64,000 bases of DNA. Source: Dimorphilus gyrociliatus (taxonomy: Eukaryota; Animalia; Annelida). The notes beneath the pieces are model-generated. The model worked only from the letters and a program-made list of their open reading frames with translations. It was not told where the DNA came from and made no database searches. Both the position numbers and the translations under genes were made by a program. The stretch covers positions 1,857,643 through 1,921,642 of the forward strand of contig CAJFCJ010000014.1 of assembly GCA_904063045.1 (NCBI GenBank), read 5' to 3'. Of this stretch, positions 24,017 to 37,624 are shown piece after piece. The stretch's first letter is position 1. Every line of letters starts with the position of its first letter.

Positions 24017-25210
24017 TTATGCCCTACTGGCTAAAACATTAAAAAAGTGATATATTTCTTCCTTATCATACACTCCAACCTCGGTGTTACACTCAGAGCA
24101 TCGAACTGGATGGTAGGTTTCATCTTTTTCTGTCTCTTGTTTCATTCCCTTTCTTTTCTTAGCTTTGGATTGATAATGTAATTCCTCAGTTAAAACAGGG
24201 CGACAATTCATAACAAACATTGCTCTATATTGATTTGTATATAATTCGTGCCTATAAAATGAAATGAGATTAAAATCAGGATATAAAAATAAATCATAAA
24301 GTGATTATACCTTTGACAATCTAAACATAAGGTTGATAAGCAGGATGGGCAGTCTAAAACAGCATCACTGTTGGGCGGTTTATCCAATTTACCATTTTTG
24401 GAAGGCATATTACGTCCTCTACGTCTTTCATTCTCAACCCAAAGAGCGTCGTCATTATCCATTTCCGGGTCGTAAAGAAGACTGTCATTAACTTCAGTAT
24501 CATCTATTCATATTCATTGAAGTAATTAGACTGATTTTAATTTAGTGTTAGAAATACTTACTTTTGTTTTCATCATAATCAGTACCGTAATCTTCTGTTT
24601 CCATTTCAGTTTCTTCTTTCTCAGCAGCAGGCTTTGTATCTTTTTCAGCCACATCTCCTGTTGGTTTAGCAAAAGTTACCCTTTTCCTTTTTTGAGGAGA
24701 CTTGGCAGATTTTATAGCCGAAGGTTTTTTTTCTTCAGATTCCATGAGTGCTGCATCAAAAGAAGTCACTGACGAGGATTCTATCTTGATTTTGTTTTGA
24801 CCAACAAAAACTGATGAGGGAACTAGAGAGGAAAGCAATTAGGTTATTTAGTATTTTATGATGTGAAAGAAAAAAAGAACCCTTACATGTGAACAAATAT
24901 TTTTCTTGTATAGAAGATATAATTGAATCAATCTCTTCTTCCATTTCATCTTCAAATGTATTCTTCTTTTTAACTTTATTTTGTTGTCTTCGTTTAACTA
25001 TTTCACCTTGAATAGATTTATTAATACTATTTTTAGAGTTCGATAAGAATTTCTCAAATTCTTCTTCATCTTCCGATCCTGATCTGGTAATTTAGAAAAT
25101 TTGAGAACATTATAAAAACAATAATCAAAATAAATATATTCTTACGAGTATTTATTGTCCGAATCGCTTTCTATAGCGTCTATGTCATATAATTCTCCTC
25201 CTAGATACAT
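24017..25210 (-). CDS. EAPP: E2F-associated phosphoprotein
   Basis: LLYDPEMDNDDALWV, PNSDAVLDCPSCLSTLCLDCQRH, QYRAMFVMNC, YHPVRCSECNTEVGVYDKEEIYHFFNVLAS. The first exon MYLGGELYDIDAIESDSD starts at 25210. Confidence 0.9.
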
Positions 25211-27026
25211 TATCTTGAAAATTGTAGAATACTCGGTATAAGAGACTAATTTATTCAAAAACGAACATGAGACGTTAAATTCGCTATTTTATCGCTCTAT
25301 TTTTCGTTAAAGAAAACTGGTAGTGGCGCCATCTGACCTTAACCGTTAGAGTCTATACGATCAAATACACAAGCGTGCCTTGCATCTAAGCCTGAGACAC
25401 ACAAAGTTGATGTGCCAAAATTTTGAATTCTGTTATAGAGTAAACAAAACTCATATTTAAAGGTAATTTAAGAGCTTTCTCACTTTTTTACTACGACACT
25501 TTTGAAATAATAAATATCGAAATTTGAAAATATTTCAAAATGACATAAAAAATGTTAAGGCACAATATTGAAGGTTCACTTCAGAGCGCATCACAAAACA
25601 GCTGTCTTTACCCTTTAGCCTTGTTTACTATAATGTAAGTGCATGATTTAACCAACTATATTTCAAGTGAAGTATAACTTCTCAATCACTCAGTGAAAGT
25701 TTATGTTAATAAAACAAATATGAAAGCCACTGTTAGTATCATGATTGTTTCATCGAAGATTTTAAATCAGTCTTCAGTATGTTTGTATGTATAAATTTGA
25801 ATACATGAAAAGAAGTTTTAAACCTACAAATATTTTCAGGTAGAAAATGATATTGAAAAGGGGAAAAGTAGAAAATATGATGTGCTATCATCTTTTGCCT
25901 ATTTTTAAGAGCTATTTAATGTTCATTATATATGTGATGAGTTGTATCTATAAACTCTATTGAGTTCTTTAGACTAGTTATAAACTTTTTCATCCACATA
26001 TGAAAAATCCACCGTTATGTAATGGCAGGTTTTTTTGTGAGAAAGCGCCCTCTTTTGACAAAATTAATTTTCTTCAAGCAAAAGACACAACATAATCATC
26101 ACCAAACAATACTAATTTTTTATGTGCTCTAGTAATATCCCAAAATGCTACTTAACTGGCTGAACAAGATGGTTGTTGTGGTGTCATTTTAGTCAGTTCT
26201 ATAAAGCAGTCTGTTGAAGTTCAAATAATTATATCAATTGATATATGATTATACAAATGTAGGTGAGTTAATAATGAAAAATACTGAAGTTTAACTACAT
26301 TCTAACTTTTTAAGCTTTCTGGACTTTTTAGATATGACTAAAATCAGGGACAGAATGAATGAACTATAAACTGAATTTTCAGAACCTCTTATTAGAAGTC
26401 GTATAAATATAGGGCATAGATAAATAGTTATAAATTCTTAAAAAACGGTATTATCAAGCTTGTAAATTTTGAATAAATGGCGTTTTTGATAAACAATATG
26501 GCGGTCGTCATACTATCCGCCATTTATTTCCTAAAGGCTAACAAATTTTAACTGTTTCCTTCAAACTGCTTCACAAGAGGATCTTCAAGTGAAATTAAAA
26601 TACTTAAATATATTATTAGAAAGCATGCATAAAGATGTTGTATTAAAAAAACATTAATAAATGGATGTGTCGTACATATACATAAATGAACTTCATTTTC
26701 TAAAAAGTACATAGTGTAGATGGTAATATTTTTAATATTTATTGCAACAATACTTGTTTTAAATCAACGTGCAATTGCTTAATCGTTATATTAATGCTGA
26801 GCTATTCTCATGTCTGATTTAAGCAATATTTCAGTTGAAAATACTCAAATAGCTGTATACATAACATTAAAAATATTAACTGATAGGTCTTAAACTCTGT
26901 TGATAAATTATTTAAATGCTAAGTATTTTTCTAAATTATTTGAGATTTGAAAATAAAAAAAAAATAACATTCATTAAATTAACAATCTTTTTTTTTGACT
27001 GATAATTACAGATACAAAAAAGTACT

Positions 27027-30000
27027 ATGAGTTTGTCAAAGGATGAGCAGTTTTACCAAGGTGTTGAAACTTTGTTGGAGGAGTCAAAACGGAGGAAAAT
27101 CATGGATTTTTCTGTGCATATAGACAGATCATGTTTTCAACTGAACATACCATCTGAAATTGATAAACTAAAATTGTCAAATGTGTGGATGAATGAAATA
27201 CGACAAACCTTTACGCCTAAAACAGAAAATGAATCTAAAGCAAATAATCGTTTTAATTGCGCAGAAAGAAATGTAGAAGCTATGGATGAGGACATAGACA
27301 TAATAATTTCTGATTCCGATGAAGGTGGTGATGCTGAGAAAGAGAATAATAATTCTGGTGGTAAAGACAGCAGTGCAGATCTTACCGATGATGACTGCGT
27401 TATCACAAAAGTTCAAGGTCCCGTAAACACGTCCTACTTAATGAGTCAACAATTTGAGGGGAAAAAACTATCTGCTGATAATGTTAACAAAACATTCCCT
27501 AAGAATTTCTCAAAAGTATGAAAACCTGTTTTATTATATTCTTTTACTGGAAATTTAATATATTCTTTTTTCTCAAGCAAATTATGAAATTCGTAAACAC
27601 AAGTGAACAACCACAATCCATTCCAACTGAGTGTGTAGACACAACAGAAGAGATTTCATCCAATTCCGTTATATATAGCGAAAAGCTACTGGTTTAGTAT
27701 TATTATTTATTTCATTAATTCATTTTTCGAAAATACTTTTCTTATAGAAATGTAATAATGATCCGGATTTTCAATTGGATTCGCCAAAATTTCCAACAAA
27801 CCCTATACCAAATATTCAATTAAAAGATCATTACGAAGCATTTGAATTTTATGTTAATGAAATTTGTAAATTACCCTCTATTAAGTGAGTGATTATGCAA
27901 TATTTGATTTTTTAATAAAATTAAAATCAAATACCCTCTTTGAAGGAAACCAGTGAAAGGGGATAAAGTGTTTGTAGAGAATAAGGTTGATGGTTTCAAG
28001 ACATGTTGGAAAGTTGCTGTTATTGCGGATGTAATTAAGGTAAAAATGAAATTATTTACTAATTTAATTATTATTATTTGTTTTTTGTTTTTATTTTTCA
28101 GAATAATGACTCATTTACATATAGTATAAAGTTTGAAAATAGAAATACTCCAGCTAAACGTCATAAGACGTTAAAAGAGTTAGCCCATTACTCTGCACCA
28201 CAAACGCTATTGCCTATTGGAACAAGAATTATTGGTGAGAAAACTTTTATATTGTTTTCAACAGAATTATTATGAACTTGTATTGTTCTAGCCGTCTTAG
28301 AGGATAAATTTAATCGGTGGCAAACTGGTGTAATAGCTGAAACTGAGAGTAAAAGTTTAAATGACAATAGGTATATGTTCCTATTTATATATACTGTATA
28401 TATATATATATAAAATTGTTGTTACATTCTTTCCTGTATTTTTTTTCTCAAGGGTATTGATATTCTTTGATTACGGTCCTGCACAATACTGCTATAGACA
28501 CGCTGTTCGTCAAGTCTATCAACAATGTAATGGAAACAATATTAATCAAGTTCGAATAGTTCATCATTAAAATTCTATTTTTCAGCTGAGGAAGTTTGGA
28601 ATGACATTAAATCCCCTCAAATGCACGAATTCATAAGAGATTATATGGCAAAACAACCAGATGTAAGTAATATTATATTTAATATGAATAAGTTTTACAA
28701 ATTTATTATTTCATATGGAAACAGAGAGAAATGGTCAGTTTAAGAAAGGGTCACGAGATATTTGTCGATTGGAGAACTGAATGGTTTAAAGCTAGAGTGG
28801 ATAAGGTTGACTTTTCAATGGTTAAAATAATATTTGATGATAATAGATATGAGTGGATTTATAGAGGAAGTCCAAGACTAAAACCCTTATATGACATGGT
28901 GGTAGGAATAACTATAATACCATTTGAAGAAAACTAATAAAATACAAAATAATTTTCAAATTAGAATAAAAATCGCACTAAAAATCAAGATAATACTAAA
29001 AGGGCTCGTAGAGACCTAACTTCAACTAAGAATAATAAAAATAAACCTTTTGTTAAATACAATCATGATGGTAAAACAATGAAATAAGAAAATATACTTC
29101 TTTATTTACACCTAAAGTCTTTTATTTAGCTCAGCGAAATTCTGTGAGATTAAGAACTGGTACTGCAAAGAAGAGTACTAAAAGTAATGATACATCATCA
29201 AATGAGAAATTTGTTGACCCAAACACATTAATACAGAAAGGTTCATATTAGCTTTTATATATATATATATATAGAATATATTGAAGTTGGTATTTTTCTA
29301 ATTTTAGAGCAAGATTCTTATGGTGTTCGCATTGTTGAAAAGTGCCTTGTTAATACTAAGAGAAGTTTTAAAGGACAGCATGAATGTTCCTACTCTTGTA
29401 TAAAGGATTTTGACAAAAATTTTGATCCGAGTGTTAGGAAATTATTAAGACCTTTATATTGCGGTTGGAAAAGACAATATGCTGATCCAAAATCAGTGTG
29501 GATGAAGAAAAGGGTTGTTTATTTTTCTCCTTGTGGAAAAATGATGAAAAGTTATAATCAGGTGATTTATATAAATTATTAACCACGATTGAACCTATAT
29601 TTAACTTATTTCTGTTCTCTCCTATATGTTTTTTAGATTGATAGTTTTTTACTTCAAACCGATTCAGTATTAACAGTTGATCTCTTCTCATTCGACCCTG
29701 ACGTAAATACTCATGCCACGTTTGAAGTCAATAGGGTAAATGTTGATTTACTGTTGGTAATTTATTATTAAATATTGTATACGTTCGCAATACAATAGGC
29801 TCTAATGAAGAAATATAAAGAAGACATATCGGGAGGTGTGGAAAAGTTGCCCATTTCATCAGTTAATGCATTCGACGACAATTCTCCTTTATATATGAAA
29901 TATCGTATTGATCGAAATCCTATGAAAGGAGTTGAAATAGTTAAGGATGAAAACTTTTCCGTTTGCTGCGATTGTACAGACTTTTGTAGAGTAAGTTAAT

Positions 30001-31447
30001 TAAATTCTGTATATATAAATTTATACTTATGGTTTTTTCAATCTTTTATTACAACTATAAAAGGATAAGAGTAAATGCTCATGTTGGCAGCTAACCTACG
30101 AATCCGAAGTAATTACTTCATCTGGCTATGTTCATAAAAAACTTAATTCAATTCTTCAAACTGGGTTTGTTAAAATATTAATAATATTTCTTTATAAAAT
30201 ATTAATAATAAAAATGCATGTTTTTAGGGTTTATGAGTGTAATAAAAGGTGTAAATGCAACTTTAAATGCAATAATAAAGTTGTTCAGAATAATATGGAT
30301 TATCGGATACAACTGTTTAAAACACTCAATAGGTTTGTTATATTGTATATAAAAAAGCATCTTTATATGTTTTCGAATCATTAACATTACTATAGGGGTT
30401 GGGGAGTTAGAGCCCTGGAAGATATACCAAGAGGAGCTTTTGTTTGCCATTACGTTGGCCAAATGTTAACCGATTCCGTTGCCGACAAGGTATTTGATTA
30501 TTCAATCGAAAATAAATTAATTTTTAATTATCTTTGGTATTTATTAAGGCTGGAAAAGATCAAGGAGATGAATATTTCTGTGATCTGGATTTTATTGAGC
30601 AAGCGGAAAATATTAAAGACAATTACGAATCTGAAGTTGTTGTGTCTGACGACGAGGCGATTATTACGTTAGTTTTTCAATCCTTTATGAAATAATGATA
30701 TGCACTTGCCGATTGAACCCATCAGATATAGCATACCTGATCATATAATGAATATAATTTCTTTTAATTCAATATAGTAACGTGGCTAAAAAAACAACAA
30801 AAGCCTCAAAGCGAGTGAAATTTACAGAGGAATCAAAGAAGAAAACTTTGTCGTCTAAAGAAAAATCTAGTGGAAAATCCCGCAAAAAAAGTAAATATTT
30901 TATTTAGACAATTTTAATTATTCTAATTAATTTCTTTTAAAATTTGCAGGAGAATTTCGTATTCGTAAACATCTCGATTCGGAAGGTCCTGTTGTTATGG
31001 ATGCTAAAACCGAAGGGAATATAGGCCGATACTTTAATGTAAGTAATACTTTATTGAACGTTGAACTAAGAAAATAATTGTAAAAATTAAAAGCAAATTT
31101 ATTCTCTTTTTTTTTGTTTTGTTTAGCATTCCTGTAATAGTAATATGCATGTTCAAAACGTTTTCGTTGACACTCATGATCCTCGTTACCCTTGGATAGC
31201 ATTTTTCACAAATAGGTTAGTATTGATTTTTTCCTTTATGAAATATAAAAAGAAAGCGGAGAGAGAGAGAGAGAGGAAGAAGGAAGAATAAATGATTGAT
31301 TTTTAAATCCATTTTGCTAACCTGTACAGGAGTATAACTGCTGGAGAAGAATTAACCTGGGATTATGGGTATAAAGTTGGTTCCATACCCGATAGAATTG
31401 TATATTGTAAATGTGGTGAAGAAGAATGCCGAGGTCGTTTATTATAG
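27027..31447 (+). CDS. SETDB1: H3K9 methyltransferase SETDB1/eggless (Tudor, MBD, pre-SET, split SET, post-SET)
   Basis: Tudor [14 protein letters not shown]; [11 protein letters not shown]...VVYFSPCGK; pre-[11 protein letters not shown]; [24 protein letters not shown]...[16 protein letters not shown]...[16 protein letters not shown]; post-[11 protein letters not shown]...[13 protein letters not shown]. The start codon is tentative. Confidence 0.93.
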
Positions 31448-31854
31448 GTTAAAACAATAGTCTTATTAGTAAATTATTTCTCTTGAAAAGGAGAGCATGA
31501 AAATGTTTATTCAAAATTATTTTTCAATTTATTTTTTATATAAAAAAATTTTTTGTAACGTTAACATAGCCCAATCATTCTTCTTTTTATATGTATATAT
31601 AATATCTTGTTTGAACATGTGAGAGAAATTCATAAGTATATACAGTATATACAATATATACTGTTTGCGGGCGTGTATATATGTATATATTTACTAGTAT
31701 AAATATTAATAAAGAAAATGTTTTTCGCTATATGACATAAAATTTCTATGGTAAAAGTTATCTTTCAGTCTTGAGACTAGTAGACTAAAGATTTAGATTA
31801 AAAGTATACATATACTGTATATATATATAAAATATATATATATATACTCTTTTT

Positions 31855-32998
31855 TCACCAACCTTCTTGCCAGGGTGGTCTACTTTTTGCACTACCTGGC
31901 CTCGGTTTTGCACTTGATGGACGGCTTGTTGTTTTAGCACTACTCGGTCTTGATCTAGCAGAATTCTTATATCTCTGAACTTCAACATTAGACTCGGCAA
32001 CGGGATGATCCTCCCTTAAATACAGATACTCAGTCGATTCGGAGCCAGCTCTTAATTGAGGTCTTCTAACAGAAGTATGGGCAGCGGCTATAGGAACACC
32101 ACACAAAGTTTTAGAGTGATAGTTTTTCATGAGTGCATCTCGTTGTAAGCCTCTCGTTGCTTTGGCTCTTTCGAGTCGTTTTAGAAGTGCCTAGAAGTTT
32201 ATTTATAATGTATTATTAATTATTAAAGGATTTGTACTCAAGTAAACTAACCCAGTTTTCTTGTTCTATTCTTTCTTGTTCTTTTTTTCTATTAACTGCA
32301 GACGGAGTCATTCTCATAACAGCCTTTTGCTTTTTACTTTGAGCTTTAGTTGCAGATTTAGGACGCTTGTTCTGCTCCATTAATTTCCTTAGCAGACGTT
32401 CGTTTTCACTATTTATTTCATCTAATCGAATATTGTTAAATGAATAATTTTTGTCTGGAACGACAAACTTTTTCCCCCCACTATTCTTTCTATCCATTTC
32501 GAATATCGCTTGTGTTAATATTCTCATGTCAGTAGAGTCTGTATCAGTTTCAGTTGGTTCTTTAAAAGTAACTGCACTTTTAGGTCTAGGTTTCTTTTGA
32601 GGTTTTGGCGACGGTGCCGGTGAAACATCAGTTAAGTCTGGGGAGGAGCAGTCCTTTTTGCGCCTTGAGGAATGCGAATCTGAATTCCGACGGCCAGAAG
32701 GCGGTCTGCCAGGCGTTCTGCTTTTTAATTCTTCTCTTTCTTTAGAAGTGTCTGAATCAGAGTTTGTATAATCCGATGAGTATGAAGAGTGCGAGGATGA
32801 ACTATATCTTCTTTCTCTTCGGGAGTACGGCCGGTCGTCTTCGCCGGAATCGTTCCTTTGTTCTTTTTTACTAACTGTAACTGTCATATGTGATGGTGCT
32901 GAAGTAGTTGGCTCATCGTCAAAAAAGTCATGATCAACATCCGCATGAAGGTCCACATTAGTTGTAAATGTCTTACTTTTAGATGTTTTTGCGGCCAT
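31855..32998 (-). CDS. CFAP97: Cilia- and flagella-associated protein 97 (KIAA1430/hemingway family), 2 exons
   Basis: NYSFNNIRLDEINSENERLLRKL and SAVNRKKEQERIEQENW|ALLKRLERAK, with a Ser/acidic N-terminus. Confidence 0.85.
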
Positions 32999-33037
32999 TA
33001 TATAATTAGCACTGATTCTAAATAGTTTATCTGGAAT

Positions 33038-33058
33038 GTTGTAGCAACGGTGACGTCA
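33038..33058. promoter_or_regulatory. RFX half-site (GTTGTAGCAAC) next to a CRE (TGACGTCA), upstream of CFAP97
   Basis: The sequence gttgtagcaacggtgacgtca lies 40-60 bp upstream of the CFAP97 ATG. Function is inferred. Confidence 0.5.
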
Positions 33059-33485
33059 GTTTTTGAGCAGCGACATCTGTAGGATACTCAAACAAGTCCA
33101 AGTAGGAAATAGTAAAAGGCTTGTACTCTGCAAACTCAAATCAGTAAATTTTAAAAATAAACCGTAAGTTAATCAGTAAAATTCAATAAACAGTCCCAAG
33201 GGATTTCCGCTGTTCCACTCTAAATCAATAATTTATAGTAGAGGGATTCAAGTCTTGTATAATTTATTGTTCAGCATACCTTAGCATAGTTCAACTTTAG
33301 ATAGCCAAGATCCTCTATCCTCTAAAGTCACGTTACATTTCATTTTAAAGAAAACTTCGTTACCTTAGTTTAGAAAGTATATGAATTTTTCTTCGTTCGA
33401 GGGCGCCACTTTCATATCATTGTGATAATTTAATAAACAGTAACTGCCTATTAGTATAATTTCTCTGCTGCAGATGTAGAAAAAT

Positions 33486-36217
33486 ATGACAGAGGAGGTA
33501 GTTTGTTAAGCTTTTTTCTAATATGTTTATCTACTGATCAGTACCTGCTCATTATATATATTTTTATTATTTTTAAGAAAAACACATAACATGTCTCACA
33601 GTCTATTCGATTGAGAGAAAATTTATACCAGTGAGCGATAATACGATACTTTAATACGTTTTAGGAATCTGAAGTCTTCGAAATAAGTGACTTTACAACA
33701 TCGTCAGAATGGGAAAGGTTTACGTCAGTGTTAGAAGATGTGTTAAGAGAGTGGAACTCATCGAAAAATATCGAGAAAAATATTCATCAGCTAAATTTTG
33801 CAGATTTCAAGATGGTTCTGTCTTATTATCATTTTCCAAAAGAGAACCCTGAATTACGCAATGAAAAAGTAAAGGAAAGATATAAAGAGGAAGAATTATG
33901 CGAACTATGGGAAGATTTATTAGACGATTCGTTAGATTTTCCTAGTAGAGAACATTTCATATCAAAATGGTTTGGATTAAGAAAATTCGTCATATTATCG
34001 CCTCAGACACACGCTTGCGCAATTGATACAGAAGGCCGAGCCAAAATTCTTCTTTCCTCAATTAGTTTCGCACTAAGTCAATTAAATTGTCCACTTCCAG
34101 TCCTTGTTCAATTAGATAAAGCCCGAAGACGACTGTTTAGTGGTGTAGCATATCCCCTATCTGCTGTTAAAACTGAATTTGAAACTGTTCATTTACGAAG
34201 GATCCCTGTGAGATATCAGTGCGCTGAAGGGGTAATTGACCTACTTAAGGAAGGTTTAGCTTCTAAATGTGAATGTTACCTTTCCGTTCGTTTTACATAT
34301 TCTTTTTCTGACTGGCCCCAAATAATGTGTGATCCTCTGCCTGAGGAAGATGAATCCGACGATGGTGATGACGATGATGAACTTTCCTGGAGAACCATAC
34401 CTTGGGGGGCTTGTGAAGAAGTTATCAGTGAATTGCATTTAGCTGTACAATGGCCATCTCTTTCGCAAGATCTCTTCGTTGATACGCCATCCTATTCAGA
34501 TTTAGACCCGTTCAATGCCCCTTCGTGGACTGCTCGCCTTAGATACGAAGACGATCCGCAATGTCTACTTGCAACACATCTTAGCCAATTCCAGAAATTG
34601 CTCTCAGATTCAGTTAGATCTATTCTATCGGCGACGGAAAACTCTCCTGATTCGAATGTTACATCTGTTTTAGACAAATTAACGGAACATTCCGTTCCTT
34701 CTATTGGAACTGTTGTGACCAAAGCAGCCACCAGACTTCAAGTTCACGCTGTTAATTCTCCTTTAACCGAGCGCATGCTTAAAAAATTACTTGCTTATAT
34801 ATTTCCCGATGTAGCGAATAGTTCAGAAGACACCTCTGAGTTTCAAGAGGAGAATGACTTCGAGAGGAGATTAAAATCTGCCCCACCAGGAGGCCTACTT
34901 TGGAGATTAGCCATAGCTTTATTAAATGTTAATAACTCTTACGGAGGTAGTATGGCTGTAAACCATTTATGGCATGAGATTGTTTTGGAGCTACGTTATA
35001 GATGGGATGAAGGAAAGGTACTACCCGTGGAGAAAGAAAAAGAGCCAGATTCGGCTACTTGTCTATTACAGCAAAAACTACAAATGTTAAACTGCTGTAT
35101 AGAGCATCGATTACGACGACAACATGTCGTGGAAGAATATAATTCTCCAGGAGAAGAGGAAGATGATGATGAATTCTTCGAATGCGCTGAAGAAAGTAAT
35201 GATCAGCAAAGGGAAGCGAACATGATAAAGGCTGAAGGAAGGCTGAGAAAACTGGCGTATCAATTACATAAAGTCCCTGGCGAGTACCTATACGTTCCAA
35301 TCACTCAGGAACCAGCTCCCTTGACGGACGATGCTCTCGAAGAGCAAGCCAGAGTTTTGGCTTCCCTTGGAACTGACCAGACATCTCTTCGTGCCAGAAT
35401 GCAAAGTGCTTGCCTTCTCTCTGATATGCAAGCTTTTAAAGCTGCTAATCCTGGGTGCGTTTTGGAGGACTTTGTCAGATGGTACTCACCTAGGGATCTA
35501 ACAGAAAGTGGATGTTTAAGCACTAGAATGCAGGTAGAGGGCAATTTATGGCAAGAAACATGGAACGAAGCCAAGCCTTTGCCAGTAAGAAGACAGAAGC
35601 GGCTTTTTGACGATACAAAAGAAGCTGAAAAAGTTTTACATTGGGCAGCATCTTTAAATCCCTCATCTCTAGCCAGAGAAATAGCTGCAGTTCTATTAAA
35701 TATTTGTCTTGTCACAGCTTGCACAAATCTGTCAAAAAATTCATTGATTGACAAACTAACAACGAAAATTGCCAATTTGAGCCGTAATACAGATTGGCAG
35801 ATAACTCAGTTCGAAGAAATTTGCCGTCTCTTTTTATCTGCTGAAATTTACTCAGCCCGGAAGAAAAGTATAAGGACAAAATTGAAGCATGTGCAAAAGG
35901 ATGTTTCTGATGATGACATCGAAAAATTCGCTAATGATCTATTGGACAATCAGGAGGTTAAAATCAATGGTGCTGCAAAGTCTCATTTGGGTGAATTAAT
36001 CGTAAGAATTTTCTCGGCCGGTTCAGATGACGAAGAGAGGGATGATAAAGTTACGACAAAACTTCCTCCACCAATCGCTAAAGAGTATGTGGCCAGGTGT
36101 GAGGCTTCTAAGCCATCACCGAATTCGAAAGTTGTACCACATAGAATTTATGCTCTAATAACGGGTGAAGAATGCAGAATTGCGTCTGTTTGCAGTCAGG
36201 ACACGGCTTTTTTTTAA
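33486..36217 (+). CDS. RAB3GAP1: Rab3 GTPase-activating protein catalytic subunit
   Basis: MTEE|ESEVFEISDFTTSSEWERF, REHFISKWFGLRKF, SACLLSDMQAFKAANPGCVLEDFVRWYSPRD. One intron follows codon 4. Confidence 0.95.
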
Positions 36218-36401
36218 AAGCTAACTGTTTATGCAAAAAAATAAGTTTAAGCATATATATTATATGTAACAAGACTTTTGGGAATATAAATAACGCGTAA
36301 AGAATCTACGGCTGTATATTTTACAATGATCTCAACCAATTGGTTCAGTAGAGTTCATAATCTATAGGTAGATCCTCGAAAAGTGCTCGGACAAAAAACT
36401 T

Positions 36402-37184
36402 TTATCTCTTCCCATTATTGAAGGCGATAGAGCGCTGCGGGATTTTGAAATTAGCTGCTGCTTGATATTGTATTGTGTAAGCTGCCTGATGAATCTTAAA
36501 TCCATACAATCTGGAAATTACAACGCATTTTTTTAGTATTTATCGAGTATTTTAAAAAATATGAAATTGTCGCATACCTGGGTACAAACTGATTATTAGG
36601 TCGTTTCGGTCGGTATTCTGGATGAACCATAAATAGCATATGAGGGAAACCACTTCCAAAGTATGCACCATCTGTATGATGATGGCGGGAACTTTTAGGT
36701 GTATACGCATCTTGGCATTTGGGACAATATAGCTTCACCATAGATTCTCCAGGTACATCAGACAAGCCTATGGGTAGCATAGCTTGATTTTCACAATAAA
36801 CTCTTGGGCAATATCCAAAATCTCCTTGCTGCCACTTTTCTATCATTTGGGCTATTCCACGATTTGTCATTATATATCTTGCGTGAATTAGGCCATATAG
36901 CATTTCAGCAGCCTGTTCTATTAGATCGCTTTGATTAGGGTTGTCTTCTAATTCTTCATCTGGTTCCAAATCTAATATCATATCTAGTGCTTGCCTGTAG
37001 TGTGGAACTTGTTCGTTTAGACCAGTTAGATTGAATTTATCTTGTATGTAATCTTCATCAACCTGTTAGACATACAATGATACTCGGCAAGAAATTTGGA
37101 AATAAAATTTACCTCGCAAAAAAATTCGTTACCCCGCAGACCACAAAACCAAGAAATCCAGGAAACTTCTTCCGAGCTACTCAT
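36402..37184 (-). CDS. CSNK2B: Casein kinase II beta subunit
   Basis: [43 protein letters not shown]...[19 protein letters not shown]|LYGFKIH. Confidence 0.98.
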
Positions 37185-37624
37185 GTTTTTTTTTCACTGA
37201 AAAAGGAACGGATAATGTATTTGTTAGAGGCATGCAACCCGGTTTTGTTGAAGAGGTTAACGAAAACTACAGTAATCGGATTAGCATAATTTTCCTGAGT
37301 AGTTATAGCAAAATGCTTACCTCCTAAAAATTATTCGTTTAATTGAAAATAAATAAAAACCGAAGCCAATATTTCTACGTTTAGAAATGCGAAGCCGATG
37401 TTAGCAAGGAAGTCTTTCGTCTACGCATGCGCAAACGGAAATAATTCTATATTGTTTTCGTATTTTGTAATGTAAGAGACTTTCGCCAAAAATTATCATT
37501 TTTCATTTAAAATTGTATATACATATATTACAAGTCAAAACGAACATGTTAAACCTTATTTTAAGATAATAATTTAAATTTAGCAGTAAAAATACAAATT
37601 CAAAAAAGTTAGAAAGAATAGATC

